Numbered from the stretch's first letter, positions 29,497-42,921 are shown. The stretch is 64,000 nucleotides of DNA from the human T2T-CHM13v2.0 reference genome, Homo sapiens (GCF_009914755.1 NC_060939.1), one strand, 5' to 3'. The notes: generated by a model from the letters alone, not told the origin. Numbers and translations: made by a program.

Positions 29497-31399
29497 CTAG
29501 GAAGGCACGAAGATAAACATCATAAAATATGCGGAGCTCCTTAAAAATAACTTTCCAAAAAGTGGCTCTTAATCTTTCTGGGTGATGATTCAAGCCCACT
29601 TCACTGACGAATCTGATGAAGACTGGAAAACTGCAGCTGTACACAAAGTTAGTTTAGGCTGAAATTTTGTTTTTTTGGCTTTCACTCAACCTCAATATAT
29701 AGTTTAGTAATCAGATATTCCTAAAGATTTACAGGTTTGAACAATTTAAGATCAGTTTTGAAAAACAGATCTTTCTTAAACTGTTTAAAGTGTGACTGCA
29801 ACAAATCGCTTTGGGCGAAACCACCATGGCACTGAAAGGAATGTTGCAGCCTTTTCCACCTTTCACTTTTGAGGCAATAGTGCCCCCATCTGCCTGCCTT
29901 CCCCCTCATGCCAGAACTCAGTGGCTGCCAGATGTTAGCATTCACCAAACACACAGCCTTAGCCAGCTCTGCAGACACACTCAAAATCCAGTTTACCTGT
30001 AATAAAGTTGACAGATATGCCCTCGGCATTTTCTTTCCCAGAAACACTGTGGGGCATGTAAACTTATTAAATAAAAGTGACTTACAGTTACTGTACTTAA
30101 CTGTCAGGAAAAAGGAATAATGCTGTGAGTTTTATCAAGTAACAAAGTTCATGACAAACTCCTCTCATAATCAAACACGAAGATTTAAGAAGCAGGGAGA
30201 AATGTAAGTCAAAGGGTAACCCCTCCCTCAAACTAATGTTTGAAAACTTTCCAAAAGCATCAGAGATGAACTCCAAACTTTTAACACTTAAGTCCACTTA
30301 AACTAGAAAGTGAATACAGCCAACAGATCTCATTCAAATCAATCATTTCCATTATTATTCAGCAACTGCTGTTATTGTAACTGATTTGGGGTAGGGGACA
30401 TTTTTAATTCACTATGTCCTGAATCTAATGCATGAGACCCTTGAGATCTTTCTGTCTCTGCCTTCAATAAATTAAGAGCAAATTTATTATTTACTTCAAA
30501 TAGGAAAACTGATCACTTATCAAAGGCTTTATATATTCTTTACGGATTTAGACATCACCATACCAAGAAGCCTACTCCATCTATTCCGGTCTTTGTAGGA
30601 CAGGCTTCATTTTTCAGCCCATGTTCTGTAAGCCACACAGTATGCCTGCAGAAGCTGCTTATCGGAGCCAAATATAATTGTCAGTACAATTTAAAGACCA
30701 CTATGTGTCCCCGGAGACCAACCTGTTTATTTCCCTGAAAGACCGCAACACCCCACACAACATGTTTCAGACATTTGGACCTTGTTAGATAAGACACTTG
30801 TAGGAGAAAGAGATTTTTTAAATTAAGTAGCTTATATACCCCTAGAGAAGGCCATACAAATCTGTAGCACAGTGTTAGCAAAGTGAAACAGTTGCAATCT
30901 AGGAGAAAATGCAGCAATTCTAGAAATACTTTCCTACTTACTTTGCCATTGTTAATCACTCTGAATGCTGAAAACATAATTAGAGAAAAACAGGGTTATA
31001 TAGATACACAGCATACAAAAGACCATGCAGTTCTAAACGAGAGAAGGTAAAACTTTACCAAAAGTCAAGTAAGCTACCACCAAGAAAGGTTCAGAAAAAT
31101 AAGAGCAGCGAGAAAAGCAAGCATACCATAGAAATCCGGAATTAAATTCTGCCTGGTATCTCCAGCCCCATTAGGTCTAAAATAAAATGTGCTCGAAAGA
31201 AGAAAAAAGGTTTCAGAATTTCAGTGTGGAGAAAACAGGAAAAGGAGAAGTTCCCTGCAGAGAAAGAAATGCGCTAACCCTCCCTCTTTGGGGGCCAGGG
31301 TTGGGAACTAAAGGTACTCCCACCTGCATTCCAATTCTGGCTAAATAGGGGAGTCCTTGGCTGCTACAGCAGGCCTCTCCTGACGGCCTGGCAGGGTTA

Positions 31400-31783
<384 letters not shown>

Positions 31784-33113
31784 TCAAGCCGGAGGGTTAA
31801 TTCCACAGAAGACATAATCATCCCTCCACCGCCTCGTTTAAAGAGAAGTGTCTTGTTAGAGAGTATTCCTTTTCCTAATCGCTGCAAATACTCAGCATAC
31901 GTCATCAACAGAAAAAAAAGAATGTGCTTATGCTGGCTGAGATGGAAGAAGATAGGCAGAATAAAAACCCTTTGTTTCTTCTAATCGCATACGTTTTGTG
32001 CAGAAAACGAACCCCGCCCCTGTTCCTCATCCATAGCTGTCTCCCCTAAACCCACATCTGTAAAGAAACAACTACTTTTGCTCTCAGAGTAGTAAGTTGA
32101 GATCCTTGCAATGGCAAGTAAGGGCTGCCGCCAGCCTCCGCGCACTCAGAATCTTCAACTCAGAAGCTTTGCACAATAATTTTGTATTCAATATTTTACA
32201 CATTGCAAAGTATCTTCACTAAGAAGGTCAGCGCTAAGGACTCTTGCTCAGAACTGTGGGGCTAAACTGCTCTTACTTTGACACAGTTTAACTCACAGTA
32301 TGTGGGGCAAGCTACGGGGAGAACTCATGCCTGTCAGCCGGAGAAAAGCGTCCAGTTTGCTCACGGGTCACTTTGCATTCATTACATCCCCATTGTCTGG
32401 TTTTTATTTTCCCCTTGAGTCAACAGCCAAAGCCGCAAGACCCCTGTTCCTCTCTCCAGATTGTTCGCGTGAGATTCCAGAAACGAAATCTCAAACACGC
32501 GGGCTGACAACTTCAGAAAAAGGTGGCTTCGGAGCCACAGGGGAGCAGCCCGTACGGGGACAGCCTGCGGCCCCAGCTCGACCCCCTACTCCCCGCCCAC
32601 GCCTTCGAGGGTCACAGGCCCACACCCCGCTCCGCGCGCTCCTGAGCCTGCCCGGAGGCGGGAGGCGGCCGGCGGTCCTCGGGGGGTTGAGGGTCACCTG
32701 CAGGACCACGGCGGCAGCCCGGGGACGGGGCCAGCCTTCGCGTCCGAGCTCAGGGGCGGCGGCAGCAGCTCCAGGCCCGCTTCCCTCCAAGTCCCTTCTG
32801 CGAAAAGATGGGGCACCTCAACAAGAGCTGACAGGAAAATGGGGAGCGGCCCGGCCCCAGGGCTCCACGGCTCCACGGGCGGGGCCCTAACATTCCAGAG
32901 GGCAGAACCTCTGACCTCTGACCCCCAACCCTAGCCACCTGGGGCCAGCCCACGACAGTCGCGGTCACCGCCCCTCCAGCTGGAGCGTCCCCCTAGGAGC
33001 CCGGGGAGGGGCGGCCCGCCCGCGAACCCTCGAGCGAGGCCAGGTCGCCGTACCGCCATGAGCCCGCGCGGCTCCCTAGCCAGACCGCGGCCCCCTCGTC
33101 CAGGCCCCGGTAC

Positions 33114-33190
33114 CTCAGCGCCCAGGCTCCGCCGCGACCGGCGACCGGCGACTCGCGACCCGCGACCCGCGACCCGCAGCTGCCACCGCG
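33114..33190 (-). other. LYSMD4: LYSMD4 non-coding exon 1 (TSS approximate)
   Basis: GAG|gtaccg donor at 33114/33113 just downstream of the CCAAT/GC boxes; no ATG. Confidence 0.7.
33134..33175. repeat. 7-bp tandem repeat (GCGACCS-like) x6
   Basis: GCGACCG GCGACCG GCGACTC GCGACCC GCGACCC GCGACCC. Confidence 0.9.
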
Positions 33191-33324
33191 CCTGCGGATT
33201 GGCTACGAACATCAGCAGGGCCCCCCTGGGGGCGGGACTGGGGAGGCAGCCAATGAAGTCAGCGCTGGGCGGGCACTGGAGCGAGCCTGGCTGCGCGGAG
33301 AGCTCATCCCGGGACCACAGGGCC

Positions 33325-33360
33325 CGGGGCGGGGCTCGGGGCGGGGCTCGGGGCGGGGCT
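33325..33360. repeat. 12-bp tandem repeat (CGGGGCGGGGCT) x3, each an Sp/KLF GC box
   Basis: Direct read. Confidence 0.92.
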
Positions 33361-33857
33361 CGACAGGGTTCCACACCCCGGAAGTGGCCCTCGCCCCGCC
33401 CACCCGCCTACCAGGTCTACCCGCGCGGGCCCTGGCTTGTTTTCGCGTCTGTTCGGAGTAATAAGGCACCTCAGCTCCTCCCTCCCAAAGTGCTTGGCTT
33501 TCTGCTGAGCCGCAGCTTTCTCGCCCGTAAAGAGGCCTTTGACCCCACTTGTGGGTAATGATCTGTAGCTGTGACTCGGGGTGGATTCCAGTAGCGTGGG
33601 GTCCCCTGAGCCCTCCTGCGGGGAAGGGCTGGGCGCAGATGGGCGAGGGGTCTTTCTGCGGCGGGATCTGCGCTCCTGGGCCTTTGAGGGCCGCACCAGG
33701 GGAGGCATTGCCCCACCCCGAGAAGAAAACAGAAATCCACGAGTGTAAAACATGGATGCGGACAACAGGGACCAAGAAAACTTAAGTCGTGTTTATCAAA
33801 TGTCAGGTGGCCGAGGATTTCTTAAGATGAAAAGTGGTGGAAGAATTCTCACACACT

Positions 33858-34175
33858 GGCCGGGCGCGGTGGCTCACGCCCGTAATCCCAGCACTTTGGG
33901 AGGCCGAGGCTGGTGGATCACGAGGTCAGGAGTTCGAGACCAGCCTGGCCAAGATGGTGAAACCCCGTCTCTACTAAAAAAATAAAAATAAAAAAAAATA
34001 AAAAAGTTAGCCGGGCATGGTGGCGGGCGCCTGTATTCCCAGCTACTCAGGAGGCTGAGACAGAGGATTGCTTGAACCCGGAGGCGGAGGTTGCAGTGAG
34101 CCGAGATCGTGCCACTGCACTCCAGCCTGGGCAACAGAGGGAGACTCCATCTCAAAAAAAAACAAAAACAAAAAC
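33858..34175 (+). mobile_element. Alu (AluSg-like) with TSD
   Basis: CTCACACACT at 33848-33857 and 34176-34185. Confidence 0.95.
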
Positions 34176-34485
34176 CTCACACACTAAGGCACAAAGTTCA
34201 GAGCTTCTACTTAAAAAGGAAAACCAAAATTAAAAAGCAGATAACCTAGGGAAAATAAACTGAACACAACAAAGGATTAAAATCCTTCGCTGAGAGAGAC
34301 TTCATATGAATAGGAAAGATGCTAAGACCTCAGCAGGTCTGAGGGAGACCTCAGAGAGACAGGAGCAGATAATTCAGCAAACAATGCAAATGGTCAACAG
34401 GTTGAAAATGTTTTTAACCCTCACTTGCAATCAGATTAAACAACAAAGCAAACATTAAAACAAGATCTCACAAACCTTTTCCCAC

Positions 34486-34837
34486 TAATAGGATTTGACT
34501 GTGTCCACACCCAAAACTCATCTTGAATTGTAGCTCCCACAGTTTCCACCTGTTGTGGGAGGGACCTGGTGGGAGGTGATTGAATCATGGGAGCAGGTGT
34601 TTTCTGTGCTGTTCTCCAGATAGCGAATGAGTCTCACTAGATTTGATGGTTTTATAAAGGGAAGTTGCCCTGCCCAAGTTCTTTTCTTCTATCTGCTGCC
34701 ATGTGAGATGCACCTTTCACCTTCAGCCATTATTGTGAGGCCTCCCCAGCCAGGTGGAACTGTGAGTCCATTAAACCTCTTTCTTTTGCCCAGTCTCGGG
34801 TATGTGTTTATCAGCAGGATGAAAACGGACTAATACA
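34486..34837 (+). mobile_element. THE1 (MaLR) solo LTR
   Basis: Matches recalled THE1 consensus through ...GGACTAATACA; 5-bp TSD CCCAC. Confidence 0.9.
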
Positions 34838-34869
34838 CCCACTTAAACTAAAAGTCAAATTGTTAATCT

Positions 34870-35188
34870 TCGTGGACAAAGCCCAAAATGGTCTGGACTC
34901 CAGGACTTACCCTCCCCTAACCCCCAGGGTTCTCAAGACTCTGGCCTTGGAATGAGAGTGACATCATCAGCTTCCCTGGTTCTGATGTTTTTGGACCTGC
35001 ACTGAACCATATTATCTGCATCCCAGGGTCTCCAGCTTGCAGACCCACCTGTCCCGGGACTTTCAGTCTCCTTAATTGTGTGAGCCAAGTCTAATCTCCT
35101 CTCACTCACTCACTTTGTGTCTCTCTCTATAGGTAGAAATAGATATATAGATAGATAGACAGATATCTGCTATTGGTAGGTAGGTAGG

Positions 35189-35241
<53 letters not shown>

Positions 35242-35403
35242 TAGATAGCTCCTATCAGTTCTGTCTCTCTGGAGGACTTGACTCTGTATCTGTAGATAGG
35301 TAGATATCTCCTATCGGTTCTGTCTCTCTGGAGGACCTGACTCTGTATCTGTAGATAGATAGGTATCTCCTATTGGTTCTGTCTCTCTGGAGAACCTAAT
35401 ACA
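34870..35403 (+). mobile_element. MLT2 (ERVL) LTR 3' part containing an STR and a triplicated end
   Basis: CAGGGTCTCCAGCTTGCAGAC...CTCCTATTGGTTCTGTCTCTCTGGAGAACCTAATACA. Confidence 0.75.
35177..35240 (+). repeat. (TAGG)3(TAGA)13 tetranucleotide STR
   Basis: Direct count. Confidence 0.95.
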
Positions 35404-36013
35404 GGCTTCAAGGCTCCTTCTCTCAAGCTGCTTGCATTACTGGACTGTCTGAGCCTCAGGCCTCAAAGTAAGTCATCTTCTCAGTGAGTTCTCCCCTGTC
35501 CAGCGGGTATATGTAGGTGCTCCCTTAGTGCTCTGTGAGAACACGGTTTCTTCATAGTACTTCCTAGTTCATTTACTTGTCATTTATTGCCAGAATACTA
35601 CTGTCCCCATACAACTTCCAAGGCCCAGCTGAGTGGCGGCGTCTAGAGGTGCTCATTCAATGTGGGCTCATTAGGAGAGCTGTTCTGATGACCTGACCCA
35701 GGATACGGGAAGGCAAACTAAAATTAAAAAGCATATTATCTGGGGAAAATAAATGCATCCCGACAAAGGATTAAAATCCTGAGTTGAGAGCACCAAAATC
35801 CAAATCCTAGTGTGTCTATTCCAGAGGCCTGGCTCTCAGCCACCAGCTGTACTTCGGGCCCAAGGCGCCTGGCCATGGCCCGGTGGGTTTGGCAAATCCA
35901 GGAGTCAGAATTTCAAAGTGTGACTAATGGCAAGAAAAGTCACAACAGAATTTGTAAAGCTGGATTAGTATTGCTGCTTTCTGATCAGTTATGGTTGTTT
36001 CATTCATTCAGTG

Positions 36014-36615
36014 TGTCCAGTACAAAATAAATCCAGACTTAGGATAAAGTTTATTCCAAAAGATTATTGCAAGGTGGTGGGAGGGACTATTGCAATGGGG
36101 AGAACTTCTGACCATAAGCTCTGTAACATCTCAAGAGTTAGACAGAAAGTTCTCCTTTCACAGCGAAGTAACAAAGCTAGAAAGAGCACGGTATGGGGAA
36201 GCGGGATGAAAGGGTGGTGGGATCTGGTAGTAGATCAGAGAATGTTCTACCCTGGGGTCAGCCAAGTCTCAGGAAGAGCTTATGCTGGCTCAGGTTGTGG
36301 TGGAGTCAAGGTTTATTCAGTGGGCTAGGGGAAGAGAGAAGCCTAATCAAAGTTTGGTTAGCAAGCATTTTGTTCCAATTGATTACTGGGGTCAAGCAGT
36401 TTCACTAATTATTTATGAGATAAAAGGAATTTGGAGGGTCTGGGGCTGGCCTTGTCATAGGTAAACCAGGGTGGCATTTGTGGGTCTTACCTAAGTCATA
36501 TGGAGAAGGGAGTTCTTTGTAGTAGGTGTTTTCCAGAAGACAAAGGGTGGAGGAATTTCTTAAACCCCACTGTTTTCCAGGAGCACAAGGTTTGGGTAGA
36601 GTTCAGCACTGTCAA
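36014..36615 (-). mobile_element. Probable ERV1-class LTR (MER31/MER67-like)
   Basis: Reverse LTR-like organisation with TTTATT near the left end; family uncertain. Confidence 0.4.
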
Positions 36616-37139
36616 GCTTATGTCTGTGGCACTCCTTCCGTGTGCTGGGGCACAGTGGCGGACAAAGCTATAAGGTCAACTTTGATTGGCTGTATAAGGC
36701 TGATAAGGCCTCATAGCCTTACAATTGCCAGAAGGAAGATGGAAAATCAAAGACATACACAGAAAAGGTCATTACAGATGGTGCAAGATCTTCCAAAGAA
36801 ACAAGGTCATGCATGTGAGCAAAAATTATATAAACTTTGTAAAGGCAAAAGAATGGCTGTGTCCTTTCAAGGTCATATGAGGACTTGGCCGGCTGGACTG
36901 CCCAGGAATTAAGTGATTGTCAAGGCAGCAGTTCTCCAAGTGTGTTCTAGGGATCCCGGAGTCTGTGATGTCCAAACGATGTTCATAGTAATGCCAACAT
37001 TATTTGCCTTTTGCATTTCACTTTCTCCTGATGTACAATAATTTAGCTAATGTTTATTGAGTCCTTACTGAGTACAACACCCGTGTGAGGTGGGAACTAT
37101 TATAATCCTCAACTTACAGTTGGAAAAACTCACTAGGGG

Positions 37140-37590
37140 AGAAATTGCAAGTTTGCCACCTAATATCAATTCTCATCTTTTCCTTTAGAAAGAGAACCCC
37201 AACATTATTGGGGGCATCAGCATGCCAAGCCAAGACCACATATCAGCCCTCCTTGCAGTGGGTTGTACGCATGTGAATAAGTTCTAGACAATGAGGTCAA
37301 AGAAGAAAATGTGAGCGGGACTACTGAAGAAGTCCTTAAAAGGGGGAGATCTGGAAAAGCTCTGAAATGTGAGTGCCTTTTTTTTATTCTCCCTGCCTCT
37401 CTGCTGCCTGGAATAAAGATGTGATGGCCAGAGCACATGCAGTCATCTTGGACCATGAGGTGGAATCCATGTACTAAGTAAGGATGGCAGAGCAGAATGG
37501 TGGATGGGGTGTAAAAGAGAAATAAATGTCCTCATGTTTAAGATGCTGTTAGGATCTCTATCACTAGCAGCTGAATAAATTCCTAATTTA
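37140..37590 (+). mobile_element. Old MLT1 (MaLR) LTR
   Basis: CCTGGAATAAAGATGTGATGGCCAGAG...GCAGTCATCTTGGACCATGAGG motif typical of MLT1J/K. Confidence 0.55.
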
Positions 37591-38169
37591 TATGCTTATG
37601 CACAAAGATGAAGTTACTTGCTCAAGATGTCATAGCTAGTAAGTACAGGAGACAGGATAAAACCCCAGACTGTGGCTCCATAGCCCCAATCTTGTGAAAA
37701 CTTCTGAGCAGAGCCCATTTTTGCTTTCACTGCTGACTCAGCCCCACCCAGGAAGCCTGTTCACCTGGTCAACATTTTCCCCAGAAACATCCCCAAGTTC
37801 TCTCCCCAGGCCTTGGCTTGACTGGCTGAGTTATAGTATCTCTGGCCTGAGTTTCCTGAGGCCAGATGAGAAGTGTTAAGAGTGACATGACTTGTCTACT
37901 GAAGTGTGCCAAGGTCATGTCCACCAAGGACTCCACTACTGTGGCCCCAAGAAAGCTGGGACTAAACCTGCACAAGCAGACATGCCGCCCAGGTGCCAAA
38001 GCTGTGTCACCTCATGCCTGTGCCCGACCTCCCTTGGAGCCCTAGCAAGGGTAGGGAGAGAAGAAAAGTAGCAGGTGCTCACTGAGTGGCTGGCTTTCAC
38101 AAAATGTGTCAAAAATCCAGTGGGTGGAGAGCAGAGAACTGTGTTATCAAAGTCATTAGAATTTCTTAA

Positions 38170-38345
38170 GCTACAACTGCTCATTTTATAGAGAGGAATT
38201 TAAGACCCAGAGACGTGAGGGGACCTGCCTGAGGCTGCACAGCAGGTTAGCACGTTGGGAGATGAGGTGAGTCCAAAGCCAGCTCTGCATTCAGTGGCTG
38301 TGTGACCTTGACTGAGTCCTGTAAGCCTTCTGGACTTTGGTTTTC
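38170..38345. mobile_element. Two MIR fragments in opposite orientation
   Basis: CTCATTTTATAGAGAGGAA (reverse core), then GGCTGTGTGACCTTG (forward core). Confidence 0.55.
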
Positions 38346-38501
38346 CACTGCCACTGTGTTGTTCCCTATGCTTGGGGTGACCATACATTCTTTCTGTCCA
38401 AAACAATCCCAGAGCATGCCTATCGTCACAGCACAATTATTAGAAACACTCCTTCCCTCCTCGTAGTGTCTGGACACACCCTACACCTCTCTGTGTGACA
38501 G

Positions 38502-38885
38502 TGATATGGTTTGGCTCTGTGTCCCCACCAAAATATCTTGTTGAATTGTCATTCCCAGTGTTGGGGAAGGGATCTGTTAGGAGGTGATTGGATCATGGGG
38601 GCGGATTTCCCCCATGCTCTTTTCATGATAGTGAGTGAGTTGTCATGAGATCTGGTGGTTTAAATGTGTGTGTGATGTTTTAAATATTCCCCTCACTCTC
38701 TCTCTCCTGCTGCCATATGAAGAAGGTGCTTGCTTCACCTTCTGCCATGTTTGTAAGTTTCCTGAGGCCTCCCAGTCATGCTTCCTGTTAAGCCTTCAGA
38801 ACTGTGAGTCAATTATACCTCTTTTCTTCATAAATTACCCAGTCGAAGGTAGCTCTTTATAGCAGTGTAAGAACGGACTAATAGA
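38502..38885 (+). mobile_element. MST (MaLR) solo LTR
   Basis: TGATATGGTTTGGCTCTGTGTCCCCACC...GAACGGACTAATA. Confidence 0.88.
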
Positions 38886-39994
38886 CAATTTGCCCATGGA
38901 CTGTGTACCTGGCACCTGCTCCCCACGGACCCCCCAGCAGACTTTGCCAGTTCATTGCAGAGGCCCAGATGGCCGTCAGTATCCAAGACAGCCATGACCA
39001 ATCAAGCAATATTGTCAGGGGAGGGGAAACTGATTTGCCATCCCTGCTCTGCAGTATCTAGTAGTCTGGATTTGGTTCCTTAAGTTGTGGGTTCTCTAAT
39101 GACTCAGGAAAATCCACTGGTTATTGCCAGTGTGGAATTTGCATTTCCATGAAATAGAAAGAAGAAAACTTCCTGACTTCTGCTTGTTGTCAAGTGACTG
39201 TGAGAAGTGAAGCCCTTGGAAGAAACATGGCTATGAGTGTGAGAGCTCATAGCTCCAGAGATATTGCCAACTTCAGGAATTCATGAGAAAGTAGTAGAAA
39301 GAAGAAAACAGGAAATGTATTGCATTTGGTACGGCAAAAACAATTATTGAAAGTTTAACAGGCTTATGACAAATGGGGTAAAAATGTTTGCCATCTTTGA
39401 TACATTGATATCCTTAATATATAAAAGGCATACAGATCTCAATAAAAAAGCACTTTATAGAAAAATAACCAAATGATGCAAAAATTCACTAAAGAAATAC
39501 ATATAGGAAAAAACTGTTAACTTTACAGATAGTCAAGTAAATGGAAATTCAAAAAACTACAAGATATTCATTGTCACCTACAGACTTGGAAAAAGTCGAA
39601 CCTAAAAGGATGATAGCGAACTTGGCTGTGCACGTGGGGAAAGGAGTGTACTTACTCCTGGGCAGTCTCGTGGGAATGTAAATTTGGGATGTTTGTAGCA
39701 TTATATAGTAGTAATTTTTTAAATGTTCATATTGTTTGATTCTGATCTCCTACATTTAGGAGTTTACCAAGGAAGCAATTTGGACATGTAAAAAGATTTA
39801 GCTACAGGACTGTTCTTAATGGTGAGAAATGGTGGAAAAACTAAAAATGTCCAAGAGTGGGTGATTAGGTTGAGTTCATTAAACTCATTTATTAAATGGA
39901 ATCAAGTATGCTTATTTAAAATAATCTTGTAAAAATATAGTTATTGACATGGAAAGATTTTTAGGAACAAGAAATACTGTTTTAAAAATCTCTA

Positions 39995-40287
<293 letters not shown>

Positions 40288-40290
40288 CTA

Positions 40291-40592
<302 letters not shown>

Positions 40593-40769
40593 CTAGAAAA
40601 AAAGTGAGGAAAATAAATCCCACAGCATCACCTCACAGACATCCAGAGGGTTGTCAAGCTCATAATGTCTAGTCCCAGGTGACTTTCATTGCCTTATGTC
40701 TGTTCATTTGCATTGTTTAAATTGTCTCTATGGCACACGTTTACTCTTATTATAAAGAGGTGGCATACC

Positions 40770-41010
40770 ATACCGTGGTTAAAACCACAGTTTCTGAAAT
40801 CAGGCATTCAACATTCAACTTTGAATCCAGAGTCATCCTTTAGTACCTATGAGAAAATTCTGTGGTCCCTGCAAGCCCGAATTTTCTCATCTATGAAATG
40901 GGATCTGAGATGGTTGCTGCTTTGTGACAATGAAATGGGGTGATGCCTGTTGAGTGTTTGACAGGCCCCTAGCATACAGTAAGAACTCCGGGAATGTTAG
41001 CTATCATTAT
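40770..41010 (+). mobile_element. MIR SINE
   Basis: TTTTCTCATCTATGAAATGGG core and CCTAGCATACAGTAAG end. Confidence 0.65.
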
Positions 41011-41079
41011 TATCAAGGGGAAACAATAAAAGCATAACAGTTAATTTTTCATTAAACAAATGCATTCCTGCCTGCAATG

Positions 41080-41577
41080 AGCTGCACGTTCGTTTCCTCC
41101 TCAAATTCGTATGTTGAAATCCCAGCTCCCACAGTGATGATATTAAGTGGGGCCTCTGTGCTTGTGGTCTATGCTACTCAGAAGGCTGAGTCAGGAGGAT
41201 CCCTGGAGCCCAGGAGTTGGAGGCTGCAGTGAGCTATGATGGCACCACTGCGCTCCAGCCTGGGTGACAGAGTAAGACCCTGTCTCAAAACAAAAAAAAA
41301 GTGGGGCCTTTTTGAGGTGATTAGGTTATAGGGGCAGACCCCTCAAGAATGGGATTAGTACCATTGTGAAAGGGACTCGAAAAAGCCCTCTAACCCTCTC
41401 TCTGCCTTGTGAGGATACAGTGAGAAGGTGGCTATCTGTTTGCACCCTGGAAGAGGGCCTAGCCGTGCTGGTACCCTGGTCTCAGACTGCCAGCCTCCAG
41501 AACTGAGAAACCAATGTCTGTTGCTTCTAAGCTACCCGGTCTATGGTACTTTGTTAGAGCAGCCTGGACTAAGGCAC
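41080..41577 (+). mobile_element. MLT1A-like LTR interrupted by an Alu right monomer (41157-41298)
   Basis: CAAATTCGTATGTTGAAATCC start; AAGTGGGGCCT duplicated around the monomer. Confidence 0.75.
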
Positions 41578-42136
41578 TGCCCTAACTTACCTGGCTGGAG
41601 GTAGTTTGCGAGGCTCTTCTGGGGCCCATATCTGCTCTGATCTGAAAACAGGTTTGTGGGGTGAGTTTTAAGTCTGTCTACAGCTTTATTTGTGTCAGAC
41701 TCAATGGTCCCCAGGGCCAGGGTGTGGGGAGGTGCCTGCAAACAGGAGGTTGATGAACTGGGCAAGCTGTCCTAGGCAGATGTCAGCTGGGGCCACCCTT
41801 CAAACCTGTGTGAGACTCCACTTGGGAAGTCCAGAGCCCCACCCAAGCATCCTGGACTCCCCACGGGGCTCACCTTCCTGGGCTGACTTCCTCCTGACCC
41901 CTTCCCTTCCTCAGAGCCTGGGCTGCTCTGTCACCTCCACCTTGTTGGGGAACTGAGTCTCCTTTATTGGTTTCACCAGAAAGACACAGCCACCAGAACT
42001 TTGTATATACAGCAGGGTGTTTAGAGTTTTCATACTCACATCTTAATACCACCTCTCTTTTCCTCTCAGGAGCAAAAACTCAATTCCTAATCCTCCCCAC
42101 TCCTCTACCTCCATTTTCCAATCCCCTTGGCTCTTT

Positions 42137-42462
<326 letters not shown>

Positions 42463-42593
42463 TAAATTCGTCTCTGGCCTTCCTGGGCATACCTGGGAAT
42501 TATGCCCAGCTCTGGAGGGCCTAACTCAACACTTCCATGGTCTCCATCTCTTCCCAGTCCCTCAGGATAGGGACAGGGGACATGCTTCTAATT

Positions 42594-42900
42594 ACAGTGA
42601 GCCCTCTGAATCCAGGGGTCCCACATCTGTGGATCGAAAATGTAATTAGGCTGCGATGGTTGAATCTGTACTGAACACATCCAGACCTTTTTGGGGGGTC
42701 ATTATTCCCTAAACAATACAGTCTAACAACTATTTACATAGCATTTACATTGTAGCAGGTATTCAAAATAATCTAGAGATGATTTAAAGTATATGGAAGG
42801 ATGGGCATAGGTTATATGCAAATACTACACCATTTTATATCAGGTATTCATTTTGGTATTCGTGAGAGGCCCTAGAATCGATCTTCTGAGGCATAACTAT
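42594..42900 (+). mobile_element. MER2 (TcMar-Tigger) DNA transposon
   Basis: TCATTATTCCCTAAACAATACAG...CATAGCATTTACATTGTA...GGTTATATGCAAATACTAC matches recalled MER2. Confidence 0.82.
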
Positions 42901-42921
42901 ACCCTTTGAAAAGCTGCCACT

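Larger units (their letters stand above)
32500..33750. promoter_or_regulatory. LYSMD4: CpG island / LYSMD4 promoter
   Basis: Very GC- and CpG-rich; CCAAT boxes 33198-33202(-) and 33250-33254(+); three GC boxes 33325-33360; ETS site CCGGAAGTG 33378-33386; no TATA. Confidence 0.9.

Noticed and set aside
32300-33785. Many overlapping 100-200 aa ORFs on both strands
   Set aside because: Stop codons are scarce in CpG islands, and the translations are R/P/G/A-rich with no family signal.
34741-34753. PRDM9 hotspot position in the THE1 LTR
   Set aside because: Reads CCTCCCCAGCCAG, which misses two fixed positions of CCNCCNTNNCCNC.
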